Counted from the first letter of the stretch, positions 12,690 through 27,258 are shown. The stretch is DNA of 64,000 nucleotides from Octopus sinensis (GCF_006345805.1 NC_043013.1:20956001-21020000); one strand, 5' to 3'. The notes: a model not told the origin generated them from the sequence alone. Numbers and translations are program-made.

Positions 12690-12870
12690 ATTTTATAAAG
12701 CTGCAAAAACATCACAAAAACTATTTCATGTTCCCAATTGTCGGACAGTTTTGGTTGTAACACTTTTCGTGGTGTTTTTGCAGCTTTACTAACAAGTTAT
12801 ATTACTCTACCTCCGGTATTCGAGTGCTATTTTTTTTCATATTCATGTGCTTACTTTGGTAAATATATAT
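12690..12870. mobile_element. Foldback HHR-type element related to 52070-52255
   Basis: Inverted arms 12697-12720 and 12764-12788; rc core CTGTCCGACAATTGGGAACATGAAA; shared tail TATTACTCTACCTC.GGTATT.GAGT. Confidence 0.7.
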
Positions 12871-13127
12871 ATATATGCACATATATATAAAAAAATATAT
12901 ATATATAGATAGATACACATAATATACATATATTATAGATATCATAAACAAAGTTTGGAAAGTCAAATGTGGTTGGTATTTTACAAATATGAAAGTAAAC
13001 TTCTAACCCATCAAAATTGTAAGACAGTAGAGAGATTCTATTTTATAAGGGTAAATAACTCAACTCCACACACAATGCTGGCAGCTTTGCTGCGTTCGAA
13101 ATTTACTTTCTTGTCTGCAATATATGC

Positions 13128-13191
<64 letters not shown>

Positions 13192-13474
13192 TATGTATGT
13201 ACAGACACGCGCGCGTGTGTGTGTCTGTTATATTTTGAGAGGATCAGAGGATCATACAATCTTTATACAAACACTAGTTATGTTTCTTTTCAGCTTCATT
13301 ACCAACCGATTACTATTCAGTTGGTAAAACGATTAGTCTGTCAAGATCCGTCGTCACTGTCTGTGATCTTATGAATGGATGTAAACCCCTCATTCACCTT
13401 TTTCTCCTCAGCACTTATCGCATGTTTGTTGTTCATCGCACTGCCCTTATGATAAGATACTTATTGTGTATTCA

Positions 13475-13565
<91 letters not shown>

Positions 13566-13594
13566 CTATTTATCTCTCCCTCTCTCTCTCCATA

Positions 13595-14465
13595 TAGACA
13601 CTGAATTTCAACAGGCCATCTTACCCATCAAATATGGCGGCCTCAGCTGTCAATTCCAGGTCTTACTGGCCTTACCGGCTCTTATCTTGTCGGTGTCATC
13701 TTGCCGTGTTCTTATCAAGAGGGCTCTTCACAATACAACTAAAACAACGGTGATTGGGGAACGCGAGGCGGCCTACGCGACATGCAGCCAGCTTGGCCTG
13801 CACTGTGCTTACGTCCATCCTTTTTTACTCTCTGTGAACGTCCAGTCCTCTCAAAAGACATGGGATGCGATCCAATGTAGCGTGGCTGCGGACGAGTTAG
13901 TGCACCGACTTGACCAGCACCGTCTCCGCTCAGCCTCCAAGCCTCACAGCGGAGCTTGGCTCAATGCGGTACCATCATTTGCAACTAGCACTCGGCTTGA
14001 TGGCGACTGCCTGCGTATCGGCATTTACCTGACGCTTGATCTCCAGATCTGCTAGCCTCACGAATGCTGCTGCGCATCCATTGTGGATTCTTTCGGCTTT
14101 AGCACACTATCATGCCGTCAGAGTGCTAGCTACCTTCCACGCCATGCTGCCCTTAACAAGAGCATAAATCCGCAGGCTTTTCTTCCCCGCTAGAGCCAGT
14201 GGAGCGATACCGAGGGGATGCTAAAAGGCCGGGCGGTATGACAAGTCTCCCGTTCTCTGTTGGTAGGCCCTCATCTAGAATACCACATGCTATGGCACTT
14301 TTTCGAGTGGCAACTTACTTTTCAGGCTCAGAAAAGCAAATTGTCAAGCATTCGGTCACTCTCCGACAGGTTTGTGGTCGAACCTGTGGCAGCTGTTCCA
14401 GCGCATCTTCCTCGCTATCATCCCGGCTAACCCCTTTTCCATTTCGCCTCCTGGTGTCATGAGGA
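13595..14465 (+). mobile_element. CRE-clade non-LTR retrotransposon relic (RT end, Cys/His knuckle, restriction-like endonuclease)
   Basis: QQAILPIKYGGL..LALPALI; SGAWLNAVPS..TRLD..LRIGIYLTL..IC*PHECCC..VD.FG..LSC..RHAALN; EPV..RGDAKRPGGMT..PF; EPVA; FQRIFLAII.ANP. Order matches CRE-type elements. Confidence 0.75.
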
Positions 14466-15049
14466 ACGTTTCTATACTTTGAGACGCAACATTCTCCATA
14501 TTTGAGTAATACAAAGAGAAGGGGGGAAATATCAATATCCCTATAAAGCTAGGTAGGTATTTACGTGTGTGTGTGTTTTTGTGCGCGCGTTTTGTGTGTG
14601 TGTATGTATGTGTGTGATGCGCGTGTTCAAGAGTTCTTTTATTATTGTTCATGTTGAACTGACAACTGCGGATACATTACATTCTGCATGGCTTCTGATA
14701 GCGCGTGTGATTTTGGTTGATATTGTTTCTACGTTAAACTTTGGACTTTGCATTTATGTTAATTCACCTAATATGTATACATGTGTGTACACATGTGTGT
14801 GTGCGTGCACACGCGTGATTTTTGCAGGATTTGGGATTGTTTTTTTAACATTTGTCAAGTTTGTGTCTTGTCATGCGTGTCTGTGATTAACGATAATTTA
14901 CGAGTGGCTTTGACGGCGGCAATCGGAAACTGTTCTGCTCATATTTTCTTTGATATATTTAGCTTTTATTCTTCTTAACGCTTGTGTATCGGGAGAATTA
15001 CTATTCCAATATTCCCTACCAGCCCGCCATCATTTACTTTAGTATGTTT

Positions 15050-15500
15050 ATATGGTACCGATGTTTCTGTTTTTTCTAAATTATTTCAGTGTACCTTTGA
15101 TTTTTCTTCTATACTTCGAGCCATTTCCCTAATATAGTATTTCTCCATTGTCTTTTCATACATCTTAGTTGATAAACTACGCCCATAGTCTTGTAGGTCG
15201 TATGTGATATTGTTTTACAAACTATACACTTGCTATCAGAGCAGAATTTTTTCCTGAAATGGTAGGTCTACTGATAAGTGATTTGAAAGATGTGCCTGGT
15301 TTTTCTACTACTCTAATTCTAAGTTTCATCTCACGAGGAACTTTTAAATTCTATCAGTTAGTTCGCATCTGGGAGCTGCATCGACGTACATAATATTCTG
15401 GTACTTATTGCTATCATACTATGCGTTTGCTTTGCCTAGTTTCTTTACTTTTTTTTAAAATTTATTCTGTCCATATGGTTGCTGATAGCCTTGAAGATCT
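15050..15500 (-). mobile_element. Highly degraded R4/Dong-like LINE fragment
   Basis: Weak similarity to the R4 pre-endonuclease region (..VH*NNL..TET.VPYKH); many stops. Confidence 0.35.
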
Positions 15501-17059
15501 TCCCTGCTCCGTGTATGGCGGGATTTTTTTTTTTTTGCAATTATAATTGTATAACTGAAAAGCTACAAGGGATAAAATGCTGGGTACGCGTTTGTAGTCT
15601 TCAGGACCAGTACATGCGAGTTATGCTTCTCTTAGAGTCATGAGAAACAAGTATCATGACAAAAAAAATATCAAATGTATATTATGATAGCCTGTTTTGG
15701 TGTTTCGTAAAGCTTATGAGATGGGATTTATGACCGTTTAAGAAATGTTCCGCTCTATGAGCGAAGTATTTATCTGTCAGTATTTATCATGTTTTACTAT
15801 GCTATACATAGGTTGCATTATATTACATGCTCTGTATTTATGAGCGTTTTCAGTTGTTGCTGGGGATCAATTGTTTATACCACCAACCATGTGATAGTTC
15901 TCGATTGAAGCACAGGTGTTCAAATATTTTTGAATGAAATTTGTTACAAAATGCTAGGAGCACCACGGTTTCAGAATAGTTTTTTCGAGAGAGAGACAGA
16001 ACGACAGATAGAAGGAGAGAGAGAGGGGAGAGTGAGAGGATGAGAGAGGGAGAAGGAGAGAGTCCTGCGTGTTTTTGACGCTTCAATAGATACAAATATT
16101 GAAGTTAGCTTACATTACTTCAGGTGAATTTTTTGGGTCTTCAAAATAAATATGCCTCTTACTCTCTTTATCTCTTCCTTTTACGTTTTTTATCTCTGCT
16201 TAAATACACAAAGAGTAATGCTATTTTGTGCTATTTTATTGTTGGCATTTAAGTGTGACTCCTCACAAGCCATATGTTCGCATTAGCACACATCGGCTTC
16301 AGATCATGATACACGTTGTTTAAACAAATCTAAAAATTCAAAATCCCATTTTCAATTTCGCAACTGTAGTCTTTGTTAGCTGAATACAGCGCCGCACTAA
16401 GTATATAAAGACTGAACCACTAAACAGATAGTGATGATGAGAGAGAGGGTTATTCAACGCTCAGAAAAATATTCTTGTTACGTTAAATAAAACAAAAGTA
16501 GATCTTATGGAAATGAATTATTTCCTTGAATTTATATTGAGGAAAAGGTATGGTAGGCACTGCTCGTATGTAATCTAAAGGAGTAAACTCACTCAGTAAA
16601 ACACATTTCAAGTGAACATCAAATCAAACACTAATCACGAATTCGAAAGGATTCTGTTATAAACCAGAGGCCAACATCTATCGACTGATTCATTAAACAT
16701 TACACTTCTTTCTAGAATTTCTAAAACGTAACAAGTTATTTATTCTCCACCTGCGTAAAAGACTTGAGGGTCTTTTTACTGAAGATTATACAAGTAAGCT
16801 AATTGTTGTATACCGCCCCAAATATCAAGTAAGAATTCAAAAAATCGAAATCGCACCAGGTTCAGTCATACAAGTAAAGATTTTAAACTGCGACAAGAAA
16901 TTAATTATTCATTCATTACCCCAGGTTCACAGGTAATTCAGTTCCTATCCAAGTTACAAAGCTAAAACTGAACTGATGTAAAACAGTAAGTTATTTGGAA
17001 AATATAACATTTTAAGATAGGAGAGTATTCTTTCTTGAGATATATTGACTATTTAAGTA

Positions 17060-17210
17060 AAGACAGCTGTATGGTTAAGAAGGCCGCTCTACAACCATAC
17101 ATGATGGCTTAGATCACATTGGTGGTTCTTTGGGCAAATGGCTTGGCTAATACTTTCGAAGTGGATTTTTGTAGAAGAAAGCTGCAAGACGTCATCCTAC
17201 ATGTGTGCCG
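17060..17210 (+). mobile_element. SINE family A 5' half, very diverged
   Basis: GCTGTATGGTTAAGAAG..TTTGGGCAAATG..GTGGATTTTTGTAGAAG resembles the family A head. Confidence 0.55.
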
Positions 17211-17939
17211 GTATTATGTAGGTGTTGTGTAGACTTGAATAATTATTAGTGACGATGTAATTGATTAAACGCCTTGAAGGCATTATTCTAGCGTGAACGT
17301 TGTTCAATGACTGAAATCTATAAAATATTTTTTTTTTAAATAGAAGAATATGTGCGTGAGAGAAATTGATTCAATAGATCTTGCCTGAAATCATGTGCAT
17401 TGAATTCTGCTGCAACACTTAGATTAAAGATTAACGAACCATCTTTTAGGTGTCTAAAATATTGAAGCACTTGTGAATTAAATTAAAATTACACCCTTCC
17501 TTATGAATAATATCTAGTTGTCCGGAACTATTTCTACCGATAGTTGATGCAAGGTAGGTTGTCTAAGACCAACGAAAGAGAAGAATAACTGGAAAGCTAG
17601 CGAAATTAGTTATAATCGTGTGATGCCTAAACTGACATTTACTTAAACATCAAAGGTTGTAGCAGCCTAGCCACAACACTGTCATATACAACACCTCATG
17701 AAACCATTCTATGCTTTTATAAGACGTCATATAGATTGAATTTGATTATTCTTAAATCCTTAAAATCCTTAAAAATGTTTTAGTCCGAAGGCCGCGGCCA
17801 TGCTGGGGCACCACCGCTGATTCTGTCTATATTCCAAACGACTCTTTATACCAACGTAAGTCAAAGCAAGCCCTTACCTGTTATGAGCGCATAGATAATT
17901 ATTAGTTATCATTTATTTAATACATAAACGCCAATAGTA

Positions 17940-18485
17940 AACTGGGACGGTTATTCAAGGGCTAGTCTCTCTAGAAGCGACATTTCTGTGATACGAACCG
18001 ATGACTCCTGAGTCGACAGAATATTACTACCCTGGAAGACTGCTCTTTTCGGTTCTCTCTAGAAAGAATAGGAACTAAATGACTCTTTAGCACCCCGATA
18101 TTAGAACTGTAATATAAAAACTGTTCTTAGAAAACAACTAACTTCTGGTAACTTGTCGACTTTAATGTTTATATGGGCACTCCAGCTGAGGTTGTTGCCA
18201 GCAATCCCTCCTAAGTCCTTCATATTGTTGGACACTGTGAGTAGTTCCTCTGAGAAAGAGAATATGATTGTTTGAGTGTAGTCTTTTTTCCAAAGTGCAT
18301 GATTTTCTCACCATTTAACCGCAATATTTTTTGTCCCCCCATTGGCATACAACATGTAGGCCAGACTAGAACTCAGTTTGGTTGTGACTCTCTGAAAAGC
18401 CAGTTATCCGTGATCTCACCACGCTTTCAAACACATTGATGATCTGCAAGAGGGTGAGACTGGGCGATAGTTAACTGCAAGAGGC
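17940..18485 (-). mobile_element. CR1-group LINE relic with large internal deletion
   Basis: rc translation AVNYRPVS.. followed by ..MHFGK..KDLG.I..NLSWSAHI..KV; most of the RT is missing between them. Confidence 0.7.
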
Positions 18486-19320
18486 CTGTTTCACTTTTTA
18501 AACACCGAGATTTAATTTATTAAATGTGAAGTTTTTCGTGGTTGAATGTTTAATAATCCAAACAAACAGTAAAAAAATGCTCAATAGTGAATGTTAAGCA
18601 GTGAATTTTGTTCCTCTTCATTCTAGCAAATGTTCTCTATGCACCATGAATAAAACCAGCAACAAACACAAAACTGGAAACTTAATGAATGCTTGGGCCG
18701 CTCGTAATATTGAGTTTAAGCTTTTCAAGAGTCATCGTCTTATTGTAACTAATCCTTATTCTGGCTACGACTACTGCGTGTCCACTAGTTTTTGGTTGCT
18801 ATTATAACCCACTCCAAACTCAACGCTCAAAGATATCCGCCTCCAGATTCCTGTCTTGCTAGACAGCTAACTAGAGATTCCACTAAATTCACAGCAATGA
18901 TATAATGAATGACATACCTGTCCGTTTTTCGCTTTTATCCATCAATACCTTCCTTAATTATATATATATATATATATCGGAGTGATAATTCCAAATCCTC
19001 TACTGTCACTGCTTGATTATGAAACCGATGTTAAAGCTAATAGTGCAGTACAAAATCAACATCATTTACACTTTGAATATTTGCCATGGCAGTTTTCTAA
19101 TTATCAACCAAATAAATGTATGAAAAGAAATCGTTTATGGCGTGACCAACGCTGAAAAGCTGCGCTGTTCCTGGCACACAAACGGCAGCAGCCTTTGTTG
19201 GAAGTTGCTAATTTAAACTGGCTGCTTAATATCATTTCTGGTGACAAGCTCTTTATAGAACTATTTATCGTTGAAACGCTGCGCTGAACATCTGTGTACC
19301 TTTACATGTCTGTTTATGTA

Positions 19321-19386
<66 letters not shown>

Positions 19387-20599
19387 TGTAAGAATGCATA
19401 GTGCGTACATATTACATACACGCATATGTATATATGTGTGAGTGTGTGAGAGAGAGAGAGAAAGAGAGTGATTTTTTTTTATCATTGCCAAGAACCAAAA
19501 ACGTACTTTTATTCGGTCACACTTTTTGCAAGAAATAGCAAACACTTTCTTTTAATTTATATATTTTGCAATCTTAAACAAGACTGGACGCAATAGAAAA
19601 TATTTTCTTGTGTGCACCTTTCCAGACCGAGTGTTAAACACTAACTTCTATTGACCTAATAGTAAACAAATCTTTACATGGTACATAGCGGAAAACTGAG
19701 GCAGAAAGAGTGAGTGAGAGACAGACAGACAGACAGACAGAAAGAGAGACAGACAGGCAGACAGACAGAGAGCTAGTGATGGAGTCTGTGCGCTGTCGAT
19801 CAATAAGCTAGAAATAACACTGAAACTCCCACAAATCACTTACCACCGAGTTTGAAAAATAAATAAAAAAAGTATTTTGAACATTTGAGTAAATGTATAC
19901 ACACAGAATGTGAAAATAACGTGTGATGGTCACGGATGGCACACATTTGACAACATAGAAGTGAATGAAGCCAATGGTTTATACAAATTCCACAAGTGTA
20001 GATTACATGATATCTAAACTTTCCTACATGTGTGTATGGTTTAAAATGAGCGAAATGTCTTCCATGGTAGATCTATTAGAAGTGGAAGGTGGAATCAGAA
20101 AGAACATGATGAAACGGATACCGAAATGAGTTCAAGAATTTGTCAAACGAAACGTTCATTCTACTCAGTCTAGAAGGATTGTGAAAAATCTTTGTCGAAA
20201 TTCCATTCTCTTCTTTATGATTAATGTTAAATGCTTCGTGTGGGTGTAATACATATAACTCATTCGTCCTACTTCAGTTTAAATGAATGCAGTCGTTCAG
20301 TTTCACTGATGTATCGTTGAACCTAGATGTCACTCACGGCCGACAGTACACAATTCTCCACAGCAACTACTGACAGCCATTATGTCATATTTGCACTTCT
20401 GTAGAGGATAATGGTAGCAAAGATCATAACCTCTTTGGAATTGATTTCATAGCGATGTGACATATGCTTCTCAGCTTTTGAATTAGGACACCTGCCGCCA
20501 TACTGTTACTGTTTAAGAAGTTAAAACCATATATATGTTGTATATATGTATGTATATTTCAATTTGTAATAGTAATCTACCGACAACTGTATGTATTCA

Positions 20600-20870
20600 T
20601 GTACGTACATACATACATAAATGCAAGCATACATTCATGCATACATGCACACATGCATGCATACATACATACATACATACATACATACACACACAAACAT
20701 ATATGCATGCATACGTGGATACATTCCTACATACATACATACATACATACATACATACATGCATACGTACATACATTCATGCATGCATGCATACATACAT
20801 ACATACATTCGTGTATACATACATACATACATACATACATGCATACATACATACATACATACATACAGTT
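20600..20870. repeat. (ATAC)n degenerate microsatellite
   Basis: Direct sequence. Confidence 0.95.
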
Positions 20871-22831
20871 GTCTGTATATTAACTTCACAATTTGAAAAA
20901 TTCGACAAAAATGAAAAATATTATTAAAATTATCATCATCATTGCTATTTTATTTCCTCTTCACTAAACATGCTGCTGCTATCACGATATCATTTAAAGT
21001 TGGTGATATATCATCGGTTATAGCCACAGAAAGTAATAAACAATGTCTGATGAAAACCAGATAACGCAGTGAATAAACTGCTATTTTCTTTGCCATTAAT
21101 GCAGCCAATGTTGATGATGTATCCCTACCGGATACACAACTCCTATCTAATCTATTGTTCTTTCGTAATTAACACCTTATCATTATAGGGCTGCAAGCAA
21201 AAGATAATTTATTAGCATCATTAATGTCTTCATTATTAAATAAGATTTAGTTTAACGAAGTGCTTTTTTCTCAATATTGTTGTTTATTTCTAAATATATT
21301 GAAGATAGCAATCGCGGTTGCACCATTTCATATTTTTCAATCCATTAATATTTTTAGATGATGTTCGTTTGGAAATGGCATAAATATTTTTTTTAAATTA
21401 TTCTATATGTTTCTTTACAATACATTTCATAGTATCATTTAAAGAGTATAAATATACTTACACACATACATGCATATATGTACACACACACATACATACA
21501 TATGTATATGTATGCAGATAAGTATATATACATGGATGCATCGCTCTCACTATATGTGTGAATGTATGAGTTTGTGTGCGAGCATGTGTTTTCTGTATGT
21601 GTGTATAGCCACGCATATATTTATACACACATAACTGTGTATAGCTATGTACGTTTATTTTTATTAAATCTAAAGGAAAATGTATATGTTTCTTTGAACC
21701 AAATTATACAAATTATTAATGTTGCCAAAAATAATACTGTGAGGAGGGAATAAAAAAATCAACTGCTAAATATGAGACAATAAAAACATGGCCGATATTC
21801 TAATATTGTACGTTGCATTTTACAGTAATTAACATACGTAAAATAATGACTGTATTTGTATTTCGTACTGCTCATTAAAGAATTATATCTTCAAACGTTC
21901 TGAAAATATCTGTTGAACACTATATATGGTGGTGAGAAATGCTTTTTTTTTAAATATTTTTCTATATTTTTTAAATATTAGTTTTTAGAATAACGACTAA
22001 AATATTTCTTCAACAATGTGATAACGGGGTGTGGAAAATAAATGTTTGGCGTGTTTGGAATCCATCATTTAAAATATTCTTTAAATCGAAATATTCTACG
22101 ATGCCATAGAATTACAATAGGGCTTTGCGTTGATCTGTTTTATTTGAAGATAATAAATCGATGATTTTTCGTACTTTTTCTTTCTTTCCTCTTTTCACGT
22201 CCCTTCTTGTCATCCTCCTTCTTCTCCTCCTTCTCCTTCATTTTCTTTATCTTCTTTTTCTTCTCCGCTTTTACATAGATTCATCTTTCATCATTTCAGT
22301 ATTGATATCTAATATTTCTTAAATACGCATACGCATAAACTCAAGCACATAATGTGCACGTAATCATTTGTGTGTGTGTGAAATATTTTGCGCCTATGCA
22401 TGTATGAAACATTTGTGTAAATATATATATATATATATATCTGTATGCTTGCGCGGGTGAGGGCGTGTGTTTGTTTGGATGGACATATAGGTTGGGTGTT
22501 TGCACTCTTGAACATGTTATTTTTCTCTAAAGTGTTAAGATAAGTAGGAAATATCTACAGGAAAACGAAAACTATTCAAATGAAGCTTGGAGCAACATTT
22601 TTCTCCCACGCCTGCACACACAAACAGGCATAGATATGATGGTGGTTGTTTCTAAAGAAAGGATGCCGGATTACTGCCCATCTCACTCCATCATGGTACC
22701 ACGTCACGGTAATCCAATTAACGAACCATAATCGATATTATGGAATTATCCTACACGTTCCACAACGACCTTATACTTATTGAATCTATATTTTACACAT
22801 ACAAGCAGGAAGTATCATATATACATTCGTG

Positions 22832-22882
<51 letters not shown>

Positions 22883-22970
22883 GTGTGTGTGTAGATAGAT
22901 AAATAGGTAGGTAGGTAGGTATGTGTATATATGTATTTGTGCATGCATATATATATATGTATATATATGT

Positions 22971-23021
<51 letters not shown>

Positions 23022-24336
23022 TGTATTTTTCTATGTATATACTTATATCTGCGCACAACACGTTTGTGAACTGAATTTAATTTTTCTCTTCCTTTCATAT
23101 ATTATTTCCCGTTTTTTTTAAATTATTCTCTCCGTTTCAGTTGTTATTCTTTACTGACGCGTCAACGTGCCAGGATTGTTCCTATTTGAGCCAAGTATTA
23201 TGTTCTTTAAAATGGATTTACCGATGCCATTCCTTCTTCGTTTCTATATATCCCATGTCTACTATCCTTGTAAAACACATAAAAAAAAACTTTCTCCAAT
23301 TGTTCACGTGTTTACTATACTCAGGCATCATTCCAGTTGGGGCTGGCTGGCAATGGTGGTGCTAACTAGCAACTAATTCTCCACTCCCTCGCACAATACC
23401 ATGAAAGAAATGGACAGATATAATAGATAATGTGGTCTGAGTGAGTACACTATGATTGAAAATACGCCAAGCTTATCTCTAAATCGATCAACTTCGTTAA
23501 TAGGTCCGCTCAATCACAATTAACCCCGGGCTAAACAGCCACAACAACAAGACGCTCTGTTGCGTTTTTAGTGCATCTTACCTTTAGTTGTAATCTTTGA
23601 TCTTGTTTGATTGCTTTTTGCTTTTGCTTTTGTTGTTTACCAGATGTTTACTCTAATTTTCGTGTAGCACGATAAGTGTCGGATGTAACGAACGCGTGAC
23701 AGCATTGGGTTTCTTGAAACTAGTTCTGGAGTTCGAACCCTAGCATTTTTATTTTTATCTCCTTCGAAATCATTATACTGTATTGTATTATCGGAAATGG
23801 TCGAACACACAACCAACCCTTCTTTTAGAAACTCTGTCAGAGGAGGCACAAATCGGCACCCATGAACCGTTTTCAAGACATCAAAGACTGGAAGTAGAGA
23901 GAGGAATTCATCCTCTCACCACAAGCTCGGTCCAAGTACTTGCAAAAGAATGAACTTGGCTACACACATCCAAGAGTCAACAGGTGACGCTAAACTACGA
24001 GTCGGCTTACGTCTACCACCAAGGAATGGTAACTGTCTATCTGACCAGCTTCCACAGTTACCATTTACAAAATTCCATTCATAAGGGTTTGGTCATTCGA
24101 GGCTTTAGACAATGAAACTTACCCATCTTATATGCAGGTGGATCGAACACTAACGCACAATTTTCTTTCATTTTCTTTCCTCCCAAGCGTATTTCCTGAC
24201 TGCATCTATTTAGTTTCGTTTGTTTTTCATTCTAATTTTAAATCTCTTATCTGCTTCACTTTCCTTTACATCCTTGAAATATCAATGAGATATTATCAAT
24301 ATTCTAAGATACCAGTAATATATATCTATATATCTG

Positions 24337-24567
24337 TTTCTTTATTACCCAAAAGAGGCTAAACATAGAGGGGACAAACAAGGACAGACAAACGGATTAA
24401 GTCGATTACATCGACCCCAGTGCTTAACTGGTACTTAATTTATCGACCCCGAAAGGATGAAAGGCAAAGTCGACCTCGGCGTGATTTGAACTCTGAACGT
24501 AACGGCAGACGAAATACGGCTACGCATTTCGCCCGGCGTGCTAACGTTTCTGCCAGCTCGCCGCCTT
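24337..24567 (-). mobile_element. tRNA-derived SINE family C, full length
   Basis: rc head AAGGCGGCGAGCTGGCAGAAACGTTAGC..GTTCAGAGTTCAAATC; GCCTTTCATCCTTTCGGGGTCGATAAATT domain. Confidence 0.9.
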
Positions 24568-24582
24568 AATCTATATATCATG

Positions 24583-24920
24583 TGGTGAAGGTGCATGGCT
24601 CAGTAGTTTGAGCGTTGAGCTTACGACTGTGAGGTTGTGAGTTCGAATTCCGGACCGGGCTGCGTGTTGTGTTCTTGTGCAATACACTTTATTTCACGTT
24701 GCTCCAGTTTATTCAGCTGTAGAAATGAGTTGCGATGTCGCTGGTGCCAAGATGTATCGGCCTTTGCCTTTCCCTTGCATAACATCTGCGGTGTGGAGAG
24801 GGGAGGCTGGTATGCATGGGTGACTGCTGGTCTTCCATAAACAAATTTGCCCGAACTTGTTCCAGGGTGGGTAACCTTCTAGGTGCAATCCCATGGCCAT
24901 TCGTGACGGAAGGGGGTCTC
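24583..24920 (+). mobile_element. tRNA-derived SINE family D
   Basis: A box TGGCTCAGTAG, B box GAGTTCGAATTCC, central GTGTTCTTGTGCAATACACTTTATTTCACGTTGCTCCAG; diverged fragment at ~110-170. Confidence 0.85.
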
Positions 24921-25555
24921 CGCAAAATATAAAGCATGTATGCAGTTGCCTGTTCTTTTAGAGATAGTAGCCGAATCTTCCTCAAATCACATCCTAGAAA
25001 AACTATAACTGAAAACGAAAGGACGAGGTGGAGACAGCTGAAATCTCTTCGATCAAATGTTGTCACGATCCACACTTAGTGTCCTGTGCTAAACTATGAC
25101 AAGAGCAGCAGCTGGAACCCTGACTAGTATCAGTGTGAAAAGTAACATTACTGGATCATTACTGGATAGAAAATCCAAACTTCCATTTCTAGTTAATAAA
25201 CTAAAACAGAATAGCATCAGGACTATAAGTAACCATCGGTAATATATAAATAAAAATAGAAGCAAAACTGATTGATCATGGATGTTTGCATGGTTTGTGA
25301 AGGTCTTTCGTAAACTACATTGAAAAGAAAGATATTCTGTAGCCACGGGATGCTTCGATTTAAGGAAGTTGCAGTATTTACGTGAGAGTTTTCTCAATGT
25401 TTCGTAGAATAGAGGTTTATGCATCTGTATAACTCTGGTTATTGCTGACCAGCAATATTTCGAAATATATATATATGCTGGCTCGTTTACATATACTACC
25501 CTTTACTTATGTATGTACATATGTGTATATTCATATACATTTACATATGTACGTC

Positions 25556-25600
<45 letters not shown>

Positions 25601-26500
25601 ATATATATATAGCGATAAGATGATAAATAGATAGAGGTATATATGTACTATGTATGGTGCATTTGTGTGTATGCATGCGTATGTTTATATATATGTACAT
25701 ATATACATATGTGTAAAGATATATATATATATATTATATATATATATATATATGTATGTATATATATATATGTGTGTGTGTGTATGTATGTATGTATATA
25801 TCGGAAACTCGACAGTTTTTTTTAATATATTCTCTTTTTAGTCTATCACCTCATACTTCTCTTTGATATCTTTAGAGATTGTTTGAAACAATAAAGATTT
25901 TCTGTCTATTTCCATCAATAGATCGGGATTCTTTATTGTTCCAAACACACTGTAAAGAACTCTTCAAGAAATAAAATTTAAAAAAGAAAGGAACATAAAC
26001 ACACACAACTAGAGAAATGACGATAGAACATAATCGTGTTTTGAATGCATGATTAACTGAACATGTGTGTTCCAAATGTGTGTGAGTTGTCTGTATGCAT
26101 ACAGAAATATAGATATATATATAATATATATATCTAATACTAGTATGATGATGTATACTGACTGACCTACATATACTATTCTTCCCGGGACTAATATTGT
26201 ATGCCATATACAATATATACACAGCATATACACACGTATACAGACACACACATATACACCTAAACACACGCATGTAGATACATACATACGTGCATACATA
26301 CATACATACATACATACATACATACATACATACATACATACATACATACATACATACATACTTACATATGTGCTTGTGTGTGTGTCAGTAAAACATAAAT
26401 TTTGAGATTATCTCCCATTTCCAGATGGAGCTCGTCGTAATAGCCGTTTGATAATTATTGTGCGTCGTCTAGATAATTTTACTATATATACTATATATAC

Positions 26501-26606
<106 letters not shown>

Positions 26607-26658
26607 GTATGTATATATATATGCATTGGTTAAACTGGCAAAATGACCATTGCTAAAT

Positions 26659-26695
<37 letters not shown>

Positions 26696-26735
26696 CATAT
26701 GTGTGTGTGTGTTTTGGCTCATTATTATTATTATT

Positions 26736-27077
26736 CTATGTTTGACTTTTGCTTTGCATTCGTACAACTTGGAAGTTCATGTTGGTGTTATGCCCTGGGT
26801 GCCATATATTTGGTTTTGTACATAGTGCTGTTCTAGAGAATGTTTAAGAAACCATAAGAAAATTATGTTTGTTTTAAAACTTGAGATTACATAGAAAGTA
26901 TGTTGCGTAGAATATGGGTAGTTCCCATGAGCACTATCTTTTCAATTTCTGCCATTTTGGGGGTTTCCTGGTATATGAGCTAGGTAGCAATCATCCCCTT
27001 TTGCTATCATTCCCAGGGCTCTTATGACAACAGGTATTGCTTTAGTCTTCATGTTCCACATTTTGCTAATTTCTGTT

Positions 27078-27079
<2 letters not shown>
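26736..27079 (-). mobile_element. 5'-truncated R4/Dong-clade LINE inserted in a (TAA)n microsatellite
   Basis: EISKMWNMKTKAIPVVIRALGMIAKG..IPGNP.. and, after a frameshift, KIVLMGTTHILRNIL; 3' UTR ends in (AAT)5; trinucleotide arrays on both sides. Confidence 0.85.
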
Positions 27080-27161
<82 letters not shown>

Positions 27162-27206
27162 AGTAGTAGTTGTAGTAGTAGTGGTAGTAGTGGTAGTAGT
27201 AGCAGC

Positions 27207-27258
<52 letters not shown>

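Noticed and set aside
19843-19920. Strong minus-strand donor GTG|GTAAGT
   Set aside because: No nearby acceptor or ORF.
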